Below, one piece after another: positions 13,322-25,925 of a DNA stretch of 64,000 nucleotides. The notes under the pieces are model-generated. The model saw nothing but the letters and a program-made list of their open reading frames with translations, had not been told where the DNA came from and did not search any database. This DNA is from Octopus sinensis (Eukaryota). The first letter of the stretch is position 1; every line of letters begins with the position of its first letter. The stretch covers positions 9,982,001 to 10,046,000 of the forward strand of contig NC_043002.1 in assembly GCF_006345805.1 (NCBI RefSeq), given 5' to 3'. Made by a program: the position numbers and the translations under genes.

Positions 13322-14255
13322 CTCAATTATTTACATTTGACGGATACTTGTCCCCATCTTGTTTGTTGTGAACACAACGTTTCGGCTGATATACCCTCCA
13401 GCATTCATCAGGTTGATTTGTCAACGTTCATATATTGAGGCCATGCGACAGTTGCGCAAGGTGACATAAAAGCTGGTCTCCATTGAGTGTGTGATCCAAT
13501 AGAGTAGAGAGATATGAATAAGTGATATAATTTAAAATCTCCAGGAGTAATAAAGACAGAAACTTAACTAATTTAAAAACTAAAAACTTCTGCATAAAAA
13601 TATTATAAATAATAATTTTTTATTAACATGTCAAAGAATAATGTCATCAATATTTTATTAACATGTTAAAAAATAATGTCATTCAAAAGGATCCTTTCTT
13701 TTCTTAACAAGAGGTAGGTTTGGTTACATGAAGCTTGGCTTTTTTAAGAACGTGCTCAAGTAGACATACATAGTCAATTTATAGTAAAAGACCAATCATA
13801 TATTATTGATGTTTTTATAGCCTGTTCAGTTGTGACACTTGTTTTTTCATAAATAAATTCTCCTGATATATTTTAGTTTTATATGTGATATTTTCTACAT
13901 ATTGACAGAGTAGAAAGAAATCTAGGATTTGATTTTCGCGCATGTGCCCCAATGTTCAATAAGGGGAATTTGTATAGCTGTAGGATCTCGTATTTGTTAA
14001 TGGTGAATAGTCACTCCTATTCTGAAAGTGATTTTAGTTTGTTCAGTGTAATCTTCGCTGCATCCATTGCATTTGTTGGCATATATTAATTGTTGAAAGT
14101 ACAAGTATAATGTGTTTTTACATTAAAAAAACTTGTCTCCATTTCAATTTATAAACTGTATACTCAATAAAGTTGTCAAAAGTTCCACAAATAGCGCGAA
14201 GGCACTTTTATCTGTTGGAAACCGTAGCTGGTTGTTTTGTGTTGGGAAGTAGTTT
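13322..14255 (-). mobile_element. Penelope-like element 3' fragment (decayed GIY-YIG plus pseudo-LTR)
   Basis: The paralogous ORF 33872-34054 (LIYANKCNGCSEDYTEQT..IPLIEH..CA) aligns to the GIY-YIG ORF 24663-24959. pLTR with hammerhead at about 13322-13440. Confidence 0.8.
13371..13415 (-). ncRNA. Minimal type I hammerhead ribozyme motif
   Basis: - strand reads CCTGATGA-AT-GCTG-GAGGGTATAT-CAGC-C-GAAAC-GTT-GTGTT, with a palindromic AACGTT stem III. Stem I is weak. Confidence 0.7.
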
Positions 14256-14525
14256 TTTTTAGACAGGACTCAAAAATGGAAAACAAGAACACTTGAATAA
14301 TGCACAATAATCAAATACAAACGACGACAAAAGTCCCTCCAAATCTGCGCGTAGGACCTTTAATTATAAACTTGGGTTTATCCTAATTTTCCCTTCATTT
14401 GCTCTGTAGCTCAAAAGTAGATTGCATGTTAATAAATTAATTACACAGACTAGATTATGAAAATCTACGTGAAACTTTAAGCAAAATAACAGTCGTATGT
14501 CTACCTGTACACGTAAGTTCTACAA

Positions 14526-14643
<118 letters not shown>

Positions 14644-14749
14644 CCAACTGTTTGTCTGTCTTTATATATGTCTGCATGTATGCATACATGTGTGTGTGTG
14701 TGTGTTGTGTGTGTATGTGTGTGCACGTGTGTAAGATTACTCTTTTTTG

Positions 14750-14885
14750 CCAGCTGAGTGGATTGGAGCAATCTGAACTGTAGTGTTTTGCACAAGAACA
14801 CAGCAGACTGCCCACTCCAGGAATCGAAACCACAATCTTAACATCATGAGTACAACACTCTAACCACTAGGCCATGTGCCTCCAC
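14750..14885 (-). mobile_element. SINE family C-related, head plus core
   Basis: - strand GGCACATGGCCTAGTGGTTAGAG (A box), GTTTCGATTCC (B box), then the CTCCAATCCACTCAGCTGGC core. Confidence 0.75.
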
Positions 14886-14897
14886 ACAAACACAAAC

Positions 14898-14943
<46 letters not shown>

Positions 14944-15594
14944 GCACACACAAATATATTGTACGGGCGAATAGTTGAGAAGTTTGTTTCACGACTGCGA
15001 GGTGTAGACTGGGTTCGATTCTACTGCGTGGAATGATGGGCAACAATGATTTTTGTTACGTTGGGCCGTTACATGCCATTTCTTTTACCAAAATAAAGCT
15101 AGATGAATTTTACCTATAATTCAACTTTATTCTCTCTGTCAGACGGATTGGTCCTGAGAATTACGCTTAAAAGTACATGTGGAATACACAGCCACTTACA
15201 CGTCAATTTGATTGACGGATTATTCAGTCTATCAGTCGAGTGTATCGTCATTGGCAAAAGCACAGAGAAAGCCTACCACAACCTCCTTGGATGTCAGAAA
15301 TAAACGAAAGAAATCTGGAAAAAGTGGCACACCGAAAAAGAGAAGAGATACGGAAGACATGGAAAAAACTCCTTAACTCCTTAACATAGGAAAACAAAAC
15401 TTCTGGAAGGCATATAAATGCGAAAAAATATGCTGAAATACATTCGAAATGGATATCTTTAGCAGCACCCATACTGTGGTAGGCTCTCTCTTATTCCTCA
15501 CTTCTTATGTTTCTTTCTTCCTATCTTTATTTCTTTCAATCTGCTCACCTACCCATTTCTGCCTATCTACCTACAAACAAATCTAACACGTTTG

Positions 15595-15626
<32 letters not shown>

Positions 15627-15741
15627 TGTAGTATGTATGTATGTATGTATGTATGTACGTATGTATGAAATGTTTGTATATATGTGTATGTATGTAGGCG
15701 CAAGTGTAGCATGTATGTATACATACATGCATAGATATATG

Positions 15742-15807
<66 letters not shown>

Positions 15808-15814
15808 ACACACA

Positions 15815-15848
<34 letters not shown>

Positions 15849-16414
15849 TGGAAGGTTTGGAGATGATGTACAGGTATTATATATTAGAAGAAATGAGGTA
15901 ATCAGAAGATCGGATGGTTCATATTTATAGATACTTATTTATATATTACATTTTTTACATATATATATCATATCATTCAGATCATATCATTCAGATTATT
16001 AGCGCTTTCTCCCATTCTAGTGGGGTTTTCAAATCAAATTAATTCCTACTTCCATCTTTACTTTTTAATTGTCACTTTAATTTTAACTTTCCTATGATAT
16101 ACAATTTTCAAGATGGTGTAATTTGGTTGTTCATTTTGAACCGATAAAAGGTTTTTTTTTTCTTTTTCAAATATTTTATGTATAAGTCTGTGTGTAAATT
16201 CTTAATTTCAGAGTTTATATGTTCATTTCCAAGTTTTCCGTCTGTAGACTGGTTTTCTATTTCCTTTAAAATAGAGGATTGTGTGTCAATCATCGTGATG
16301 AGTGTTGATAATTTCGATGAAATTTCCATTAGAATTCTTTCTGATTCTGTTAATTTTGTTTGTTGCTTTCCAGACATGTTGGCATATACACAACAGGAAT
16401 ATAGATATATATAC

Positions 16415-16656
16415 GGGTGTGTGTGATTGTGTATAGAAGAATATATTAATAAAAGGAATTCCAACCTTGTTTGATTTTCACGTTTTATTTACAATCTTAT
16501 AATGATATAATATAAGATAGTATAATATAATGTAATTATATTATATTATACTATCTTCTATTATATCATTATAAGATTGTAAATAAAAAGTGAAAATCAA
16601 ACAAGGTTGGAATTCCTTTTATTAATATATTCTTCTATACACAATCACACACACCC
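16415..16656. repeat. About 240-bp near-perfect palindrome
   Basis: GGGTGTGTGTGATTGTGTATAGAAG...TATAATATAAT-GTA-ATTATATTATA...CTTCTATACACAATCACACACACCC. Contains TAATAAAAGGAATTC as in the 60.8-61.1 kb pLTR family. Confidence 0.92.
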
Positions 16657-17014
16657 TTATATATATATATATATATAATATATATATATATATATAATAT
16701 ATATATATATATTATATAATAATATATATTATATATATATATGTTATAATAAATCTCAGAGCGAGTTATAAACTGTAGCTGTACCATCATGAAGTATATT
16801 TGGCCATTTAAATATGGCTAACCCCTAAGGGTTGATGCTACTGTAGCTTGTAGCCCCAGGAGGACACCTCCTCCAGCTGGTTATTGACACATTTTCTGTG
16901 CCCTATCAGTATTTGCAAAGGGAAGCCATCCTTCCCGTCTTCAACCTATGATGTGTTGCAGTTACTGTTTATAACTCGCTCTGAGATTTATTTTTGCTTG
17001 TTTACACTAGCCAT

Positions 17015-17078
17015 GATAAACTTCCGAGTTTCGGATGTTGAGGTGAAAAACCACGCCGCCATCTCTTCAGTTTACCGG
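17015..17078 (-). ncRNA. Hammerhead-like motif in a probable PLE pseudo-LTR
   Basis: - strand CTGAAGA-GATG...CATC-C-GAAACT-CGGA-AGT-T; stem I is imperfect. Confidence 0.45.
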
Positions 17079-17170
17079 ATTTACAGATAAATTCCTCTAC
17101 TTACATAATATCGAGGTCTCTTTCTTTCTTTTTTGTCTTACCATTTTTATCAATATTATATATATATAAT

Positions 17171-17212
<42 letters not shown>

Positions 17213-17734
17213 TATAATATATATTACATCAACAGTAATCTTGTTGGATATTAAATATCTAAATGAAGAATTTTTGATTGTATTAACTTACATATTTGGA
17301 CAATTTCTAGCTGATAATTTTCGCATGCTATTAGTTTGCAATCAATTTTTGATTTTACGACTCCTCTCTCACCATTACAGTAGCATCTTTCTTCGTAGTA
17401 ACAACCTTGGCAATCTGAGTTCAGAATAAAATATCGTATATGTTTATAAATTAAAAGAAAAACACAGCACTTCGTTATTTAAAAAAAAGTGGAAGCAATG
17501 AACATTCTATTTGTGTATTTTCGAACCTAAGGCCTTCCCTGTAAATGTAATTCCACGAAATATTATTTTCTCCTCTGAGCACAAAGCCTGAAAATTTTTG
17601 GGAAAAGATTAGTCGATTAGATCGACTCGAGTACGCAACTGGTACTTAATTTATCGACCCCGAAAGGATGAAAGGCAAAGTCGACCTCGGTGGAATTTGA
17701 ACTCACAACGTAGCGGCAGACGAAATACCTATTT

Positions 17735-17930
17735 CTTTCCTGTCCAAAAGGGACTACACGCAGAGGGGACATACAAGGACAGACAAATGGATTAAGTCAA
17801 TTATTTCGACCCCAGTGCGTAACTGGTACTTATTTAATCGACCCCGAGAGGATGAGAGGTAAAGTCGACCTCGACGAAATACCGCTAAGCTTTTCGTCCG
17901 GCGTGATAGCGTTTCTGCCAGCTCACCGCC
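17735..17930 (-). mobile_element. SINE family B, head-to-head with the next copy
   Basis: Head GGCGGTGAGCTGGCAGAAACG starts at 17930 on the - strand. A further - strand family B fragment lies at about 17590-17735. Confidence 0.85.
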
Positions 17931-17958
17931 TTAATTCATCGAAATATTGAATTGCATA

Positions 17959-18374
17959 AGGCGGCGAGGTGGCAGAAACATTATCACGCCAGGCGAAAAG
18001 CTTTGGTGGTATTTCGTCTGACGTTACGTTCAGGGTTCAAATTCCGCCGAGGTCGACTTTGCCTTTCATCCGTTCGGGGTCGATTAAATAAGTATCAGTT
18101 ACGCAGTGGTGTCGATGTAATCGACTTAACCCCTTTGTCTGTCCTTGTTTGTCCCCTCTATGTTTAGCCCCTTGTGGACAATAAAGAAATAAAAAAACGT
18201 TAATACTTAGCGGTATTTCGTCTGTCTACTTCTGAGTTCAGATTCTGCCAGGGTTGACTTTGCCTTTCATCCTTTCGGGATCGATAAATTAAGTACCAGT
18301 TGCATACTGGTATCGATCTAATCGACTGGCCCAACTCCCCCAAAATTTTGGGACTTGTGCCTATAGTAGAAAAG
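17959..18374 (+). mobile_element. Dimeric SINE family B with a 16-bp TSD
   Basis: Two monomers (17960-18190 and about 18200-18374) flanked by AATATTGAATTGCATA at 17943-17958 and 18375-18390. Confidence 0.85.
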
Positions 18375-18597
18375 AATATTGAATTGCATAGCACGGTGTT
18401 ATGGCACGGCTAGAGAGAACGTTCTAGTGGTATGGAATGTGCCGCAGTATTAATCCATATAAAAAATAACCTGGAAATGCCTAGTAAGTGAATACGCTGG
18501 GGCGATGAGGGAATATGAAATCTACGGTAGAAAACATTGTATAGTAATTGCAAATATAGACGGAAAAGGCAGTGAAGTGAGCCAACGGTATAATGAA

Positions 18598-18830
18598 GGC
18601 GGCGAGCTGGCAGACACGTTAGCGCGCCGGGCGAAATGCTTAGCGGTGTTTCGTCTGGCGTTACGTTGTGAGTTCAAATTCCGTCGAGGTCGACTTTGCC
18701 TTTCATCCTTTCGAGGTCGATAAATTAAGTACCAGTTACGCACTGGAATCGATGTAATCGACTCAATCCGTTTTTCTGTCCTTGTTTGTCCCCTCTATGT
18801 TTAGCCCCTTGTGGGTAATAAAGAAATAGG
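18598..18830 (+). mobile_element. SINE family B, full monomer
   Basis: GGCGGCGAGCTGGCAGACACGTTAGCGCGCCGGGCGAAATGCTTAGCGG...GAGTTCAAATTCC...AATAAAGAAATAGG. Confidence 0.9.
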
Positions 18831-20183
18831 TATAATAGAAGACAGAACTTCGAAATGGTCAACGTTTTCATGTATGATTTACATATGCAGGAATTCTAAA
18901 AGTGATACCGAAAATAGAAACACGTCATATTTTGCTGTTAAGCAGTGTGTATCGTTCTGAACGTAGTCGTGGGTGACAAGATGCGGTTCTACGGAGAAAT
19001 TCAGCATTTTGTTCTTGAGTTCAGTTGTCTTTTAAAGATATATTAATTGTTAAATTGCATCAGTGTATAACTGTATTTTCGGATAAATTACTTCTAGATC
19101 TGATTCCCAACGGAGAAGAGTACAAACTTAGGGGAATTGTCCTAGTGGAATACTCAGGCCCGAGAATAGCTCAGAAGAGAATCCAGTATGTTTGGAGATT
19201 TGAAATTTTACAAGGGGCAAGTGGGACTCAGATGTATGACAAGGAATAAGCATTGACTAGGGTCAAGTTCAGTCAACCCGATCAGAAGATGAATAACATG
19301 AAAACTTACTCCGCGTCATAAGATCTTTCACGACGGTATCGCCACCATCTATAACTCGAACAACTGGAAACAAAGCTAATGGATATATACACATCTGTAG
19401 AAAAAGAGAAGCATGTTAAATATCGCAATATTTATTAATTGTTTTCATTTGATTCTTAGTTTCTTATTTCTAAGAAATAATTGAGTACAACTGACATTTT
19501 CGAAATGATCAACATCAGGGTTTTAGTTGCATGTATATTTTACAAATAACCAGATTGGGTCAATTATGTTAGTCACAGCAAGATATCGAACATTCATTTA
19601 TGTGTATGGTCGAATTCACAGTTTTAAGAAAAAAATATTCAGAATTTCTTCTCATCCTAACCAAGTTTTTCTATGAGTCTCTATTTACAACGAACTATCT
19701 CTAGTTTTGGAATCATGTGATAGACGGTCCTATCCTAAAGAAGGGCGGAATTTGTGACCCAGTTAATTATCTACATGATAGTATCATAATTAGTGTCTCA
19801 AAACAATATATAAATAATCTTTAAATTTCATTCAAGAACACCTCCCACCTCTTTCTGTCTACGATGCTTGGGCCTAGTCTACCACAAAAATATTATGAAA
19901 GACCACTCATCCTTTATTTATCCGGAAACGGCAAAATCAATGTCATTATATTTATCATAGACAAAGCTCGTAACTGGGTTTGGATATCCTGACTCCGCTG
20001 GGTGCCTATGAAATCCCTCCGCCATTGGCATGTTGCTTGGGAAACCTCTTGTTAAATTTCCCTGTAGCAGCGTGTGCTGACGGGTCTCTCGCGACCAACA
20101 CACTATCAACACTATTGCCTTCTGTAGTTATATACCAGTTACAGCTATTTCATTTCATTTCATTTCATTTCTAAAGTAAAATA

Positions 20184-20500
20184 GGCGCATGGCTCAGTGA
20201 TTAGAGCATCGGTCTCTCAATCTTGAGATAGTGATTTCGATTTTACGACCGGGCTGTGGAGTGTGTCCTTGAGCAAGACACTTTGTTTCACGTTGCTACA
20301 GTTCACCCATCTGTAGAACTCAGTTGCTAAGTTGTATCGGCTATTCCATTTCCTTTGAATAACATCGATGGCGTGAAGAAGGGATGCTGGTATGCATGGG
20401 CGATTGCTTGTCTCCCATAAACAACATTGCTCGGATTTGTGCTTCAGAAGCGATATCTCTAGGGGAAATCCAATAGTTATTTATGACCGTAGGGGTTCCT
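20184..20500 (+). mobile_element. SINE family C
   Basis: GGCGCATGGCTCAGTGATTAGAGC A box, then the GTGTCCTTGAGCAAGACACTTT core. Paralog at 41479-41795. Confidence 0.85.
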
Positions 20501-21176
20501 TCCCTTTATTATCCTACATTACTGTTTTCAGCCATTGAACAACAGAAAATCTAGGACACTACCTTGTAGGGTTTAGCCTGTCAAATTGACATAAGTACTT
20601 GTTATTCTTTTAACTGCTGCACTTAATCTGTTGATAGACATCTGCCGAACCGCTAGGCAATAGTGACGTTCAACAAACTGACACCAGCTGTTAACATGGA
20701 AGAGTTGAGGACAAATGCTAAGATGCCCTTATTCAAACCCACAAGCACACACTTACATCGACGGACTTCTCCACAGTTTCTGTCTGACAAACACACACAT
20801 AAGGATTTGTTTGGGTTAGAGTTACTGACACTCAATGAAGGTGCCTTGGCGTGAGAGGCAACTTGAGAACGCAGGGTTAAGAAGCAAACTTCTTGACCAG
20901 GTTGACACGAAGGATCCTATTAAATAATATCCCGAGGAAAAAACATTGAATATCGTAGTTCATTTTCTACGCCTTGAAAATATGAAAAATTTGTCGAAAG
21001 GTGAAAATATTTCATTGGATTAGAACATGAACAATTGGATAAAAATTTACCAAAAGCAGAATGGAAATCTTACCCAATATATCGGCAGCATTTCATTCAG
21101 CTTGTGTTGGTCGATATTTCAATTAATTGATTGCAATAATTCAGTACAGAACCATATGTACAGTTTCACATCAATC

Positions 21177-21244
<68 letters not shown>

Positions 21245-21260
21245 TATTAATAATGATAAT

Positions 21261-21669
21261 AAACTGAGCAAGTATAAATATCTTGAAACAGAAATTGGCA
21301 AAATGTGGAACGTAAAACTAACACATTATCTGTTGTCATAGGTGACATAGGAATGATAGCAAAACGGGCTGATTGCTAACCTGCTCAGATACAAGGAAAC
21401 TAAAAAATGGCAGAAATTTAAAAGTTAGTCCTCATGGGAACTGCCCATATGCTACCTACAATACTGTCTATGTCAGCTCAAATTTTAAAACAAATTTATA
21501 ATTTTCTTATGTTTTCTTAAACATTCTCTAGAACAATATTATGTGCAAAACCAAGTATATGACACCCTGCGCAAAGCATCAACATGAACTTCTAACTGTT
21601 GTCTTTTGAGGTCTCTGGGGGAGACTTAGAGCCATCTTGTACAAATTCAAAGCAAAAGTCAAACATATA
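21261..21669 (+). mobile_element. R4/Dong-type non-LTR 3' fragment in an (AAT)n tract
   Basis: KLSKYKYLETEIGKMWNVK..VVIGDIGMI..LVLMGTAHML is the RLE C-terminus. Flanked by (AAT)n on both sides. Paralog at 43538-43948. Confidence 0.85.
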
Positions 21670-21725
21670 ATGATAATAATAGTAATAATAACAACAACAA
21701 AAACAACAACAACAACAACAACAAC

Positions 21726-21758
<33 letters not shown>

Positions 21759-21768
21759 TATAATGATA

Positions 21769-22400
21769 ATGGATGATCAAAGTGAAACGGTGCTCCCCAA
21801 GAGCAAGCATTAAGAACAAATTATATCACATACAGAATAGACAACATCAGAGAGTGACACGTGTAGAATTTGTGAAAAAAGTGGTGAAACCGTATGGCAT
21901 ATTACCAGTCAATATATGACATTAACACAGAAAGAATGTAAGAGACGTTATGACAATAGAGCAAGGATTGTCCATTGGACACTGCAACAGGTATGAACTT
22001 TAAAGAGCAAAAAATGGTGCAAACATAACCCCGAAGGTATCATCAAAAATGATAATGCAACGATTGTATGGGATTTTATGAGTCAGTTCGACCATGCGAT
22101 AGAGAATAGGAAACCAGTGTTTATTGAGAAATCAGGGTAAATTGCGAAAGAAAGCAAACGATGCCGGATCATAGATATCGCATGCCCAGCTGACAACAAG
22201 GTATGCGATAAGGAAGAAAGAAAAGTCGATAGATATTGCAGGTTAGCTTTGGAGGTTAAGCAGTTGTGGTCGATGAAAAAGGTGGTAGTAGTACCAATAA
22301 TTGTCGGAGCCCTGGAAACAGTGAGTAAAAATCTTGAGAAGTACATGGAACAAATATGGACTGCACTACGAGTGGATCACTTGCGGCCTTTGGATTACCT
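21769..22400 (+). mobile_element. R4/Dong-type non-LTR fragment (second family)
   Basis: CRICEKSGETVWHI zinc knuckle, IVWDF, RIIDIACPAD, KVDRY..LALEVKQLW, VVVPIIVGAL. Paralog at 43989-44620. Confidence 0.85.
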
Positions 22401-23039
22401 TTTCTTTAAGATAACGATATGGAAAGCTAATAAGTATGAAATATATTAACGACTCTACTCATTAAAAACAAAATTATTTCTGCCATGGAACTGGTATTGT
22501 AATCTCCTTCAATTATTATATAATTCTTTATCGAACCTGACTGCCAAAACATAACATTGCACATTTTTACTTACCGTACTAAGTTGAACGTAACTACATT
22601 GGAGATGAAAAATCATATGATAAATTTTCGAACACCTACAAAACGATTAGCCTATTGCAGACAACAGCTGTTAGCAGTATTTCATAAATATCTTTCGGGT
22701 CTTCATGAAAATAGCAATTGCATCTTAGAACTTGTCCTTGATTTATCATGTTAGTCATAAAATGTCATATGCAAATTTATTAAAATGGACAAAATTTGTT
22801 CCGTTTCCTCCCGTTATCAGATTTTGAATGGCAATCACTAAGAAAGTTCCAAATAGTATATTTTTTTAATAAAATAAATAAAATATTTTCCTCAGTCTAG
22901 TAGATAATTTAGCTAATGACAACACTTTTAAAATTTACTGCTAAATCTCAATTTTAAATTGTTTTCTTTTTATACACGTAATAAATGATAATGTGTACGA
23001 TATACTTACATCATCATCTAATGATTCCTCTTTTATTTC

Positions 23040-23262
23040 TATAAGTCATTTGACTGCGGCCATGCTGGAATGACACCTTGACTCGAATAAATCGACCCCA
23101 GGACTTATTCTTTGTAAGCCTAGTACTTATTGTATTGGTCTCTTTTACCGAACACACCAACGTCGGTTGTCAAGCGATGGTGGGGAACAAACACAGACAC
23201 AAACAACAGACACATACATGTATATATAATATATATATATACGACGGCCTTCGTTCAGGTTT
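23040..23262 (-). mobile_element. SINE family A, 3' part, cut off at the following PLE-associated block
   Basis: TCATTTGACTGCGGCCATGCTGG...ACGACGGCCTTCGTTCAG. The paralog at 45260-45665 continues to the SINE head. Confidence 0.8.
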
Positions 23263-23339
23263 CATCAATTGTGGTGTAAATAGATGTGTGTTATATAAAG
23301 AATTTTTGGGGGTAGGATGGTGTGAGTATATGTGTGCCC

Positions 23340-24660
23340 GTTTGTGTGTGTGTATGTGTGTGGTTAATGTTTATTAGTGTGTTGCATGTGCGTTAGTGTG
23401 TATGTGTTTGTTCGTATGTGTGTCCATGTCTGTTGGGTGTATCTGTGTGGCATGCGTGTATATGCGTTTTGCGTTTGTTGGTATTGAGTATGTGCTTGTG
23501 TGTGTGAGTACACACAGTGTGGGTGTACGCGTCTTTGTGTGTGTATATATATGTATACATGTGTCTACGTGTGTGTGTGGGCCATACATACACACTACAT
23601 ATATATATATACATATATACATATCATACATACACATACCACACACATATATACATTACACACACACACACTACACACATACATACACCACACACACACA
23701 ATATACACACACACAACATACATATATATAATACACACACATATATATAATACACACATACATACATAATATATATACAACATATATACACATAACACAT
23801 ATATACATATAATACACATACACAGCATATATAATACACATACACAATATATATATATATATAACATATATATACGTATAACATATATATATACACAATG
23901 CATATACATATATACATATACATATACACAATGTATACATACACATACATACACATACCACATATACACACAGTATACATACATACAATGTATATATATA
24001 TATTCATACATATAACACATATACACAAAACATACACATACACAATGTATACATATATATATACATATAATGTATATATATGTATACATATATATACAAC
24101 ACACATACAATATACATATATACAATGCATATATACACATACATATACATATAATGTACATACAACACACATACATATAATATACATATACACAATGCAC
24201 ATACATATAATGCATATATATATAATGCACACACATAATATACATGCATATAACGTACACATACATATACATATACATACCATACACATACACATACAAT
24301 GCATACACACATACACATATACATATACAATGCATACATATATATATATATATATACAATACACATATATATACATATATACAACATATATACACATATA
24401 AATACGTACATACATATAATGCATACATATATACATATATACATATATACACACACAACGCATACATATACACATATATAACATATACATACATAACATA
24501 CATATATATAATGCATGCGTGTGCGTGTTGTGTATGTTTGTGGTCAATGTTTGTTAGTGTGTTGGATGTGTGCTGATGTGTGTATGTGTTTGTTTGCATG
24601 ATACGGTGCGAGTGTGCGTGTGTCTTTGTGTGTATGTTTTGGATGTGTGCCTGGGGAGTA
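23340..24660. repeat. Complex (CA)n/(TA)n/(CATA)n low-complexity tract
   Basis: About 1.3 kb of interleaved dinucleotide motifs; source of many spurious ORFs. Confidence 0.95.
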
Positions 24661-24662
24661 TG

Positions 24663-25925
24663 TTAGAGTATGTTTAGTTGTGGTCTGTATTTTTGAATAA
24701 GATTATTTTCCCTATTTATTCGTGTTTGGTCTGTGGTGTTGTCCGGGCATTGGTATAGTGGGAAAACTAAGAATTTGGGGGACTTATTGTGTGCACAGAG
24801 GTCTAAGTGTCCACTTAGTGGTATCTGTCTTGTGGAGGGGTCCCTCAGTTGTTGGCGGTGAACTGTCATTCTTTCTCTGATGGTAAGGCTCGTTTGCCCT
24901 ATGTAGTCTTCGTGGCACCCTTCACACCTTATGACGTAGAGTGCATTTTTGATGCGCACGTGAAATTATTTTTTATGATGAATGTGTGTACCGACCGGAA
25001 CTTGTACGTCGATCCCTCAATGAGGTGGATGCAAGTCCTGCAGTTGAGACGACCACATTTTTTGACGGTGGGCGGTGGGTTTGTGTTATGTAATTTTGCG
25101 TTGGTGAGGAGGTTTTTTAGGGATTTAGGTTGTCTCTTACTTTTTATTATTTTATGAGCTGCCAGTAATCTTTTTAGGCGTGGGTCTTGATTTAGCTGTG
25201 GAATGTTGTTGTATATAATAGTGTAAGCTTCTGCATTTCTTGGGTTGTGTGTTGAGAGATAGGGAAGGCTATTTACTGTACTGTGGATGTGTTTAGGTTT
25301 TCGTAAGTCTTGAGTGTTAATTGATTTAGCCCGTTCTATTCCGTTGTCCACTACTGATGCCGGGTAATGTCTTTCGAGAAGAATTGACTTAGTTCCCGGA
25401 GTCTTCTATTTCGTGTTGCGTCATTTGAGACAATTGTGCAGATTCTTCTCGCTAAGTTGAAGGGGATATTTGTCTTTGTGTGTTTTGGGTGATTGGAGGT
25501 GAATAGAAGGTATTGTTTAGAGTCAGTGGGTTTGTAATGGATGTCAGTTTCAATGTTGACGCCTTTTTTAATGATTAGAATGTCAAGAAAAGGGAGTTGG
25601 TCCTGACTATATTCCATTGTGAATTGAATGTGGTTATTTACACTGTTGATAAGGTTTTTGAAGTCAATAAGTTGGTCGAGTGTGTGGGACCATAGGATGA
25701 GGCAATCATCTAAGTAGCGTTTCCTGTTCTCCAACAGGTATTTGTGGAAAGACTGGCCGTACTTATATTTGGATTTTTCATAAATATGTGATTCCAGGTA
25801 GGCCATCACCAGGTTTGCATAGGTAGGGAAAACTTTCGTACCCATTGCAGTTCCTGAAACCTGTCTGTAAGTGTTATTATTGAAATTCATGAAGTTGTTT
25901 TGCAGAATAAATTTGAGGCCCTCAA
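24663..25925 (-). mobile_element. Penelope-like element (Neptune-like), 5'-truncated: RT C-half, linker, GIY-YIG
   Basis: ORF 25351-25959 QVSGTAMGTKVFPTYANL..RYLDDCLILW..LPFLDI..YKPTD..HPKHTKTNIPF; ORF 24929-25351 CGRLNCRTC; ORF 24663-24959 LYVIRCEGCHEDYIGQT..HRQQ..RENNLIQKYRPQLN. Two frameshifts. Clade assignment is from motif memory. Confidence 0.93.

Noticed and set aside
17590-18830. Regularly recurring GTCGA-containing motifs resembling a CRISPR-like array
   Set aside because: They are overlapping SINE family B copies with no constant repeat-spacer period, in a eukaryotic context.
19918-20112. Short - strand ORF conserved with 40490-40717
   Set aside because: Conservation is explained by the duplication; no recognisable domain or splice structure.
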